DNA of 64,000 bases. Origin: a virus. The stretch spans positions 1-64,000 of IMG/VR virus record IMGVR_UViG_3300035126_000631; one strand, 5' to 3'. The position numbers and the translations under genes are program-made. The notes below the pieces were generated by a model. That model saw only the letters and a program-made list of their open reading frames with translations, was not told the origin of the DNA and searched no databases. Shown here piece after piece: positions 1 to 7,234 of this stretch (position 1 is the stretch's first letter; each line of letters opens with the position of its first letter).

Positions 1-2
1 CT

Positions 3-632
3 GGGCTACTGGCCGCAACGAATCTGGCCATCGGATCAACGTTAGACACCATCCTTGAGCGCGGTGGCGCGGGAATCATCGAGCAGAGAAATGCGGCCAA
101 CGCCCAAACCTTCCGAATTTACGGCACTTTTACAGATGCATCAAATTACGAGCGCGGATTTGTCCGTTGGAGCGCGGCAGGAGGAAATTTTGAAATAGGA
201 ACAGAAGGTGCTGGCACAGGCTCTGGGCGGCACATGATTTTGCGGGCAGGGTCAAACACCTTTACTTTTTTCAATAACGGGGAGTTTTCCAGCCCTACTT
301 CAATTCGAATCACAAGCAGGATGGTTATCAACTCGTCTGCAACTGGAGTTGTTGCAATCAGAAACGATGCTGGAACGGATTTTAACCGTCTTCAATTCGG
401 CGGCACAGACGCTAACTTTCCCGCGCTGAAGCGCAGCAGCACCGCACTGCAAGTTCGTCTCGCGGATGATTCGGCTTACAGCGTCATGGACGCACTGCAC
501 CGCTTGCAAGGCGCAGCACCCGCCACCACAGGAGCCACAGGCACAGCGGGCGATATCCGCTATGACGCCGACTACATCTACGTCTGCACGGCAACGAACA
601 CGTGGAAGCGCGTAGCCATCGCAACTTGGTAA
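3..632 (+). CDS. tail fibre-like protein, 5'-truncated by the window edge
   Basis: The frame is open from nt 3 through the listed 234..632 ORF. It is G/A/T-rich, has the module NAANAQTFRIY...ERGFVRW shared with the next gene, and ends in YIYVCTATNTWKR, a common fibre C-terminus. Confidence 0.75.
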   Translation, partial: GLLAATNLAIGSTLDTILERGGAGIIEQRNAANAQTFRIYGTFTDASNYERGFVRWSAAGGNFEIGTEGAGTGSGRHMILRAGSNTFTFFNNGEFSSPTSIRITSRMVINSSATGVVAIRNDAGTDFNRLQFGGTDANFPALKRSSTALQVRLADDSAYSVMDALHRLQGAAPATTGATGTAGDIRYDADYIYVCTATNTWKRVAIATW

Positions 633-640
633 AATAGACT

Positions 641-1837
641 ATGGCCAACCTTTCGACATATTACCCCGCTCCGATCACCGCCGCCGATCTCGGCTTGGGT
701 GTGGCCAGCAACGCGACCTTCGGCTCGCTCACCGCCAACAACGGCACGCTCACGGCGTCCGCGCCTGTGCTTTCCTTGAGTCAGACATGGAACAATGCGG
801 CTGTGACATTTACAGGGGCTAATATTGATATTACAAACACGGCGAGCGCAACTGGCTCACGCTTTCTTGATTGTATGGTCGGAGGCGCATCGGCAATACG
901 TCTCGCTAGAATTGGTTCTAATCCATACGCGCTTTTCGGCACGGCAGACACAGGAATAGGCGCGATCTCCACATCTCAAGCATCAATCATAGCAAATGGA
1001 GGCGTTGCACTTGTCGTAAATTCTGGTGGTAACGGTGTATATGTTCGATCAGATTCTGCGTATGCGTGGGCGTCTGGCACTAACTTGGTTGGAGCTACCA
1101 CAGATTTAATCCTACGCCGTGACGCGGCCAACACCCTCGCGTTGCAAAACGCAGCCAACGCCCAAACCTTCCGAATATACAATACCTTCACGGATGCAAA
1201 TAACCACGAACGCGGCTTCCTGCGCTGGTCGAGCAACGTGTTTCAGATCGGCACGGAGAAGGGATCTGGCGGCGGGACGGCGAGGGAACTTGAGCTTCAA
1301 AGTGACGGTATCACAAGAATGCGGATTACCGCAACTTCGAGAGTATTTGGCGGACTAATAAATTACGCGGGCAGTATTACAGGTGCGGCCACCATCGGAA
1401 TTGGCACGTTTGGGTATCTTTCTGGGACAGCAGGAAATTCTGGAGGAATTGCGTTTTATAACGGAAGTGGTGGCGGTATTGGCGCACGGCTTGGCACTGA
1501 AGACGATTATGTGTTGGCCATGCGGAATGCGGGAAATAGCCATACCCTTCGCATTTATAATACTCACACAGGCACAACAAACTGGGAAAGGCTAAATCTC
1601 CGCTGGGCCAGCAACGAATTTATTTTCGACGCTGAAGCAGGAAGCGGAGGAGGAACCCTGCGCGGCATCAAGATCGGCAGCGCGACCTCCTCGCTGCTTG
1701 GCTTCTACGGCGTCACGCCGGTCGATCAACCCGCCACCGTAGCCGACCCCGCAGGCGGCGGCACGGTGGACGCCGAAGCCCGCACCGCAGTCAACGCCAT
1801 CATCGACCGCCTGCAAGAACTCGGCCTCATCGCCTAA
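641..1837 (+). CDS. tail fibre-like protein
   Basis: 398 aa, G/A/T/S-rich, with two copies of the (Q/H)T(F/L)RIYNT...ER..LRW module and a C-terminal GGTVDAEARTAVNAIIDRL helix. Confidence 0.75.
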   Translation: MANLSTYYPAPITAADLGLGVASNATFGSLTANNGTLTASAPVLSLSQTWNNAAVTFTGANIDITNTASATGSRFLDCMVGGASAIRLARIGSNPYALFGTADTGIGAISTSQASIIANGGVALVVNSGGNGVYVRSDSAYAWASGTNLVGATTDLILRRDAANTLALQNAANAQTFRIYNTFTDANNHERGFLRWSSNVFQIGTEKGSGGGTARELELQSDGITRMRITATSRVFGGLINYAGSITGAATIGIGTFGYLSGTAGNSGGIAFYNGSGGGIGARLGTEDDYVLAMRNAGNSHTLRIYNTHTGTTNWERLNLRWASNEFIFDAEAGSGGGTLRGIKIGSATSSLLGFYGVTPVDQPATVADPAGGGTVDAEARTAVNAIIDRLQELGLIA

Positions 1838-1843
1838 CGCTTT

Positions 1844-2152
1844 ATGCTAACCAACCCAACACCCATCGAAACGCCCGCCGTAGCCGCCAAGGTCTACGAC
1901 CGCCTCCACGTTTACAGTCTGTCCGCCATCCAGCCGACCGCTGATTCCGGCAGCATCACCGTGGAGCTTCTTCCCGCTACCGCAGACGGCGAACTCGCCA
2001 ACGGAAGCCTCGTCCAAAAGATGACCGCACCGTTGACGCCCGAAATCATGCAGGCCGTTCCCGAACTCGCCGCCGCGTTTGAGGCCGTCCTCGCCGCGAT
2101 TCCCGCGACCCAAGCCTACTTGGCCAGCCAACAGGAGCAGCCCAATGAATAA
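1844..2152 (+). CDS. fibre-associated small protein (possible chaperone)
   Basis: Follows the fibre gene and is paralogous to 6707..7009. Confidence 0.5.
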   Translation: MLTNPTPIETPAVAAKVYDRLHVYSLSAIQPTADSGSITVELLPATADGELANGSLVQKMTAPLTPEIMQAVPELAAAFEAVLAAIPATQAYLASQQEQPNE

Positions 2153-2315
2153 GACCGTCACGCTCTCCGAAGCCGAGGCGAAGATCGTCATGCAGTGTCT
2201 CGACATTGCGACCAAGGCGGGCGGCTTGAACGCAGCAGCGGGCATCTTGCCAGTGGCGATGAGTATCGAAAAACAACTCACCGCGACCGAGGAGCCTCAG
2301 TTGCAGGAGTCCTGA
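2145..2315 (+). CDS. small hypothetical protein
   Basis: ATG overlaps the upstream stop; MNKTVTLSEAEAK..., with phage-like codon usage. Confidence 0.55.
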   Translation: MNKTVTLSEAEAKIVMQCLDIATKAGGLNAAAGILPVAMSIEKQLTATEEPQLQES

Positions 2316-2333
2316 TCCGGAAGCATATTAACA

Positions 2334-2621
2334 ATGAATGTCTCCGACCCGCTCAACATGTTGGCCCCCGACGGTTCTCGCCGACGGAAGGAAGAATCTC
2401 TGTCGATGAGCTTCGATGGTGAAAGATTGGCGCGGTTGGAGACCAAGGTCGACTTGATCTTGGAGCACCAGGAGTCCTTCCGGAGATCGTTCGAAAAACA
2501 TGACGATCGGCTTAAGCACCTGGAGAATACCAAGTCGACGATCTACGGGATCGCTGCCGCGATCGGGGCACTCTCGGCTTTCTTGATGGACGGGTTGCGG
2601 GCGGCAATTTTGCAACGATAG
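2334..2621 (+). CDS. holin-like/XhlA-like membrane protein
   Basis: Coiled coil (ERLARLETKV...DDRLKHLE) plus a single C-terminal TM segment, upstream of the endolysin. The start may be at 2406. Confidence 0.55.
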   Translation: MNVSDPLNMLAPDGSRRRKEESLSMSFDGERLARLETKVDLILEHQESFRRSFEKHDDRLKHLENTKSTIYGIAAAIGALSAFLMDGLRAAILQR

Positions 2622-2641
2622 TAATAACCACACAACATATT

Positions 2642-2818
2642 ATGGACATCACCAACATCATCCAAGTGGTCAGTTCCTTGAACTGGCTGGAAATCCTCGG
2701 AGCGGCCTACGGCCTCATCCTCGCCTTGATCGCGATCTTCGCGCTCATCCCCGGCGAGCAGCCGGAGAAGACGCTCAAGGCGATCGCCAACATCGTCGCG
2801 AAGTTCTCCCGCAAATGA
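2642..2818 (+). CDS. putative holin (58 aa, not in the ORF track)
   Basis: MDITNIIQVVSSLNWLEILGAAYGLILALIAIFALIPGEQPEK...FSRK: hydrophobic segment with a basic C-terminus, in the lysis cassette. Confidence 0.6.
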   Translation: MDITNIIQVVSSLNWLEILGAAYGLILALIAIFALIPGEQPEKTLKAIANIVAKFSRK

Positions 2819-2958
2819 AATACGTGGTCACGGCGGTGGCGTTTTTTCTCACCGGCTGCGTGACCCCGAAAATCGGGTTCGGCTACGACTTCCTCAATCA
2901 AAGGGTGACGGTCTCGGTCGAGCCGGGCGACGGGAAAAAAGTGGTCAAGCCTGAGTAG
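2815..2958 (+). CDS. small lipoprotein, spanin-like (47 aa, not in the ORF track)
   Basis: MKYVVTAVAFFLTGC has a lipobox; ATGA overlap with the upstream gene; sits immediately before the endolysin. Confidence 0.6.
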   Translation: MKYVVTAVAFFLTGCVTPKIGFGYDFLNQRVTVSVEPGDGKKVVKPE

Positions 2959-2959
2959 T

Positions 2960-3475
2960 ATGATTCAAAAGCTGGCGGATGTCGCGATGTCCCAGGTGGG
3001 GGTGCGTGAATCAGGTGGCAACAACCGCGGAGCCAAAGTCCGCGTCTACCAAGCCGCATCGAACTTGCCGCCTGGGCCCTGGCCGTGGTGCGCGGCCTTT
3101 GTCGATTGGTGCGTGCAGCAGTGGCTCGGGTATCCTGAAGCGAAGAATTGGCTCGGGTTGAAGCATAGCTCGCCTGCGAAATGGCGACCGACCACGGCAC
3201 TGGCTTTCGGTCTGATCGAGTGGGGCCGCAAGCGTCCGAACACCGTCACAGTCTTGCCGGAGAAGACGACCCCGAAGGCGGGCGACATCATCGTCTTTGA
3301 TTTCAGCCACACGGGCATCGTGGTAGGTGCGACCTCCAAGATCGTCGAGTGCGTCGAGGGGAATACCAACGGACGCGGCGACCGGGACTCGGAGACGGGC
3401 GACGGGGTCTGGCTCAAGAAACGCAATCTTTCGCTGGCTCGGTGCTATCTGCGGATCCATCCGAGCAAAGCGTAA
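2960..3475 (+). CDS. endolysin, CHAP-family cysteine peptidase/amidase
   Basis: PWCAAFV, HTGIV and VEGNT motifs. Confidence 0.85.
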   Translation: MIQKLADVAMSQVGVRESGGNNRGAKVRVYQAASNLPPGPWPWCAAFVDWCVQQWLGYPEAKNWLGLKHSSPAKWRPTTALAFGLIEWGRKRPNTVTVLPEKTTPKAGDIIVFDFSHTGIVVGATSKIVECVEGNTNGRGDRDSETGDGVWLKKRNLSLARCYLRIHPSKA

Positions 3476-3484
3476 TAACTCCAC

Positions 3485-3772
3485 ATGAAACAAACCGCCA
3501 ACAGTTACCGCCGCAACGAACTCCTGCAAACGTCGCTGGCCGAAACCCTGAAGCAGAACCACGTCCAACTCGCGCTCCAAGTGCTCCGTGAACTCGGGGA
3601 GCCGACCGAAATGCCAGCACCGGACAATGTCGATTTTCTCATCCACAGCGCCCTCCTGAATTCCCGCCGTGAGGGCTTCTTCCACGCGCTTCGCTCCCTC
3701 GAAGCCCTGGCCACGCCGATCAAGGTGGCCTCCTCGACCAAAGACCTTATGCCGAATCTAGTCGACGAATAA
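3485..3772 (+). CDS. small head-morphogenesis-region protein
   Basis: 95 aa containing an REG motif, immediately before the scaffold, a position common in podoviruses. Confidence 0.5.
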   Translation: MKQTANSYRRNELLQTSLAETLKQNHVQLALQVLRELGEPTEMPAPDNVDFLIHSALLNSRREGFFHALRSLEALATPIKVASSTKDLMPNLVDE

Positions 3773-3775
3773 TTT

Positions 3776-5059
3776 ATGGCAGAAAACCAAACGCCGGTTC
3801 AAACCGAGTCCGCCACGGCGTCGGATCAAACAAGCAAAACCGTCACTCCGGAACTTTCCGAGACTGGCGGCACCATGACCTTCGACGCGGCACGTTCGCT
3901 CTCGGAGGCATTCAACAGCTTGGGCAAAGAGCCCGAGGCACCGAAGGTGGAGGCCAAAGCCCCCGCAGAACCCGTCAAGACCGCCGCCCCTGAAGCGGCG
4001 AAAGAACCCGCCGCCGAAGCGAAGACTGAAGAGGCCGAGCCTCCGAAAGCCGCCACGGCCGATGACCTCGCCGAACTCCTCGGCGGACCGAAGAAGGCCG
4101 AGCCGAAACCGGACGCCGACGACGAGCCGCCGGTCGATGTGGCGATGACCGATGCCGCCAAACGTAAGTGGGCCGAGCAGCGCAAGGCTCTCAAAGAGGA
4201 GCGCCGTCGCCGCGAGGAACTCGAAGCGAAGGTGGCCGAACTGGAGAAGCGCCCGTCGACCGATGTCGCTCCGGATGAGGTCAAGCAACTGCGGGAGACG
4301 GTCGATGCCTACGAGCGCGAGCTTCAGATCGCCCGTGTCGAGGCGACCAAAGAATTCAAGGATGCGGTGGCCGTTCCCCGTGAACGGATCAACGCGCAAC
4401 TCGAATCCTTCGCCAAGAAGTATGAATTCCGCGAGGCCGATGCCCGTGTCGCCTTTGCCGAAGCCGATCCAGAGAAGCAGACCGAGCTACTCGTTGATAT
4501 GGCCAGCGGCATGAACGACCGCGACCGTCTCCGATTCTATGGCATGGCCGAAGAGTGGCAGAAGGTCGAAGGCATCGCCAACAAGGTTCGCAACAATGCG
4601 CGGCTGGCCCTGGAGAAGATCCAAGAACATCACGCCGAGCAGAACAAGGCATTCGTCGAGACCCGCCAGAAGCAGTATCGCGGGGCGCTGGAGAAGATCT
4701 GGGGCGATGTTTCCGAGAAGGCTCCGCTCTTCCGCCGCCGTGAAGGCGACGAGGTGTGGAATGCCAAGATCGGGGAGATCGAGCAGTTCGCCACCGGACT
4801 CGACTGGAATGTCGTGGCTGAGAACGACACGGCGCGAGCCGAGTTGGCGCTGCGGGCTGCGGCTTCGCCTTTCCTCTATGGGATGGTGCAGCAGCTTTGG
4901 GCCAAGACAGCCGAACTTCAGAAGACCCTCGGTAAGTATCAGAGCGCCAAACCCGGCGCGGGTGGGGGATCTGCGGATCCGGCCATCGGCTCGGGCACAG
5001 CCGAAAAGGTGGAGCATGAAGACTTTTTCAGCGCCATCAAATCGGGGCTCTCTAGTTAG
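3776..5059 (+). CDS. capsid scaffolding protein
   Basis: Acidic E/P/A/K-rich N-terminus, long coiled coil, short C-terminal helix, directly upstream of the capsid gene. Confidence 0.7.
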   Translation: MAENQTPVQTESATASDQTSKTVTPELSETGGTMTFDAARSLSEAFNSLGKEPEAPKVEAKAPAEPVKTAAPEAAKEPAAEAKTEEAEPPKAATADDLAELLGGPKKAEPKPDADDEPPVDVAMTDAAKRKWAEQRKALKEERRRREELEAKVAELEKRPSTDVAPDEVKQLRETVDAYERELQIARVEATKEFKDAVAVPRERINAQLESFAKKYEFREADARVAFAEADPEKQTELLVDMASGMNDRDRLRFYGMAEEWQKVEGIANKVRNNARLALEKIQEHHAEQNKAFVETRQKQYRGALEKIWGDVSEKAPLFRRREGDEVWNAKIGEIEQFATGLDWNVVAENDTARAELALRAAASPFLYGMVQQLWAKTAELQKTLGKYQSAKPGAGGGSADPAIGSGTAEKVEHEDFFSAIKSGLSS

Positions 5060-5100
5060 TTTGTTTCCATACCCCTCCGGGAACTTCGGTGACCGGACGC

Positions 5101-5137
5101 GAGGCGGTTCCTTCCAGGGAGCCGCCTCTGCATTTTT
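5101..5137 (+). terminator. intrinsic terminator after the scaffold gene
   Basis: GAGGCGGTTCC/GGAGCCGCCTC hairpin followed closely by TTTTT. Confidence 0.6.
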
Positions 5138-5251
5138 CGGTGGATAGAAAAGGCTACAGATTTACATAAGTGTGGTCGGATCTATAACAATCTCTCGGTA
5201 GTTTTTGTGACGGCGATGTCCTGCATGAGGGAGCAAGCATAACCCCACAAT

Positions 5252-5279
5252 TTGACAACCCCTTATGCTGCCGTATCTT
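5252..5279 (+). promoter_or_regulatory. sigma70-like promoter upstream of the major capsid gene
   Basis: TTGACA-N16-TATCTT in the 400-bp intergenic region. Confidence 0.55.
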
Positions 5280-5465
5280 AGTCTCACGTTTACGGGTAGC
5301 GGCAATCATCCGGTAGAAATCAGAAAGTTAGGTTCGCGAGGAAGCCCGATCCGCGACGGGAAGAGAAAAGCAAAATCGTGGTGTTGTCACTAGCCTCGGA
5401 CCGCATGTGCGTCTCCCGATCAAGGCGAAGTAATAACCCCACAAATTAGGAGAAAAACAAGCATT

Positions 5466-6641
5466 ATGCCTTGCAATAATATTGAAGCTCTCTTCGTGGA
5501 ACATGCCGGCCTCATCCGGAACAATGTCTCGAAGAACATCATCAACTCCGATTTCTACCTGAAGTATCTGCCGCGTGAGCAGTGGATGGACGGGCAAGGA
5601 ACGGAATATAGTTACCCGATCTACGAGCGCACGCTCTCGTCCAGCCCCGTCACTTTTAGTGCATGGGAGTCTTCGGACGGCGAAGCGGGCGGTCAGTGCC
5701 AAGTCGCCGGTCAGAACATCGACAACTTCGGCATCACCCTGCGCCAGACCAGCCTCAAAAAGGCCGCGCTGAACTCGCCCGACATCTGTTTGGACGATCT
5801 TCAGTTCGCCTGGCAGGTCGAAGATCAGGTCAAAAACATCGTTCGCGTTCTTTCCGAGAACACGAAATGGGTTTGGACCAACGCTTATCAGGACGAGTAT
5901 ATCGACGCTTGCGGCACCAAAATGGTCGCATCGGCGAACCTCCCGTCTGGTAGCTCGGTCTTCCCTTCGACTCCGGCCACTTCCAAACTTACCTGGGGAA
6001 TCCTCGAAGAGATCTACCAGCAGCTTGGTTACAATGGCGGCAGCATGAATCCGTTTGCTCGCGTTGACGAGATGACCCCGATTTATGCCGCAGTCGGCGA
6101 GCGTTTCACGTTCCATGACCTCAAGCGCCAAGACGCTAACACCCGTGACGACTTCCGTTACGCTTACGAGGGTTCGGAGACCCAGTCCCCGATGCTCGGA
6201 GCGCCCGGTCTGTCTGGCGTGTATCGCGGCTTCCGCTTCTTCACGGTTGAATTCCCGCCCCGTTACGACTTCGTCGGCGGTGCATGGGTTCGCCGTCAGC
6301 CGTTCGCGTCGACCCCGACGACGAAAGGTGACAAGTGGGAAGTGTCCGACGCCTACAAGAATGCGGAATACACCGACACCGTGATTTATCACGCTGACGT
6401 GTTGAAGGTTCTTGTGCCCAAGCCGAAAGCTGCCAGCCCGATGAAGTATAACCCCCAGTATAGCTGGACCGGTGAATTCGTCTGGCGGAATATCCCTGAC
6501 CGCGACTGCAACGTCGATGGAAATACAGGGTTCTTCCGGGCACTCTTCGCGTATGGCCCGAAGGTGGAGCGTCCTGACCTCGGCTTTGTGGTTCGCCACA
6601 AACGCTGCGCTCGCGCTCTCGACCTCGTCGCTTGCTACTAA
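5466..6641 (+). CDS. major capsid protein
   Basis: 391 aa, follows the scaffold, strong codon bias, AGGAG RBS, followed by a strong hairpin. Confidence 0.75.
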   Translation: MPCNNIEALFVEHAGLIRNNVSKNIINSDFYLKYLPREQWMDGQGTEYSYPIYERTLSSSPVTFSAWESSDGEAGGQCQVAGQNIDNFGITLRQTSLKKAALNSPDICLDDLQFAWQVEDQVKNIVRVLSENTKWVWTNAYQDEYIDACGTKMVASANLPSGSSVFPSTPATSKLTWGILEEIYQQLGYNGGSMNPFARVDEMTPIYAAVGERFTFHDLKRQDANTRDDFRYAYEGSETQSPMLGAPGLSGVYRGFRFFTVEFPPRYDFVGGAWVRRQPFASTPTTKGDKWEVSDAYKNAEYTDTVIYHADVLKVLVPKPKAASPMKYNPQYSWTGEFVWRNIPDRDCNVDGNTGFFRALFAYGPKVERPDLGFVVRHKRCARALDLVACY

Positions 6642-6644
6642 GGT

Positions 6645-6695
6645 AGCACCTCACATCACTCTGGGAGCTTCGGCTCCCAGGGTGCCAGAGGTGCT
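6645..6695 (+). terminator. stable hairpin/terminator after the capsid gene
   Basis: CACTCTGGGAGC-TTCG-GCTCCCAGGGTG (cUUCGg loop) with an outer AGCACCTC/GAGGTGCT stem. Confidence 0.65.
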
Positions 6696-6706
6696 CCATT
6701 TCTAGC

Positions 6707-7009
6707 ATGAACATTCCTTCGCCGAATCCCATCGTCTTCCCGGCCGCACCGGAGAAGACGTTTCCCCATCTCTGGATCAAGCGCCTCTTGCTGGCCAGCG
6801 ACGGCGTGGACAGTGGGAAGATGGAAGCGCACTTCGCGCCGTATAACGCCGGCACCAAAGAGATCGGCCCTTCGGCATTCGACACGACTTTCACGACTGA
6901 TGAACTTTGGGCGGCAATCGCTGAAGTTCCGGAGGTCGCGGCGGCTTATGCTGCTATATTAGAATCCGTGGGTCCGATGCAAACCTGGCTCGCCAATAGA
7001 AACCAATAA
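6707..7009 (+). CDS. hypothetical virion-associated protein, paralog of 1844..2152
   Basis: Shared pattern NP.PI..PA...K....L ... DSG ... VPE.AAA..A.L. Confidence 0.55.
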   Translation: MNIPSPNPIVFPAAPEKTFPHLWIKRLLLASDGVDSGKMEAHFAPYNAGTKEIGPSAFDTTFTTDELWAAIAEVPEVAAAYAAILESVGPMQTWLANRNQ

Positions 7010-7014
7010 ACATT

Positions 7015-7230
7015 ATGAAATTCGCAATCCCTGAAGGAATGGTCCCGCCCGATGGCGTGGAAGTCGGCTCCACATTCGACGCCCTCGCCACGCTTAAACT
7101 CGGTGAAGGTGAGCTTGAACTCGTCGCTGTCGACGGTCTCCCCGTCACCACGTCCGAAGCTCCCGAAGCCGAGGAGATGGACGAAGAGATGGGCTTCGAC
7201 GAAGCCATCCGCTCCGGAATGATGGAGTAA
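7015..7230 (+). CDS. small acidic protein
   Basis: 71 aa, E/D/M-rich, in the structural operon. Confidence 0.55.
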   Translation: MKFAIPEGMVPPDGVEVGSTFDALATLKLGEGELELVAVDGLPVTTSEAPEAEEMDEEMGFDEAIRSGMME

Positions 7231-7234
7231 TCGC

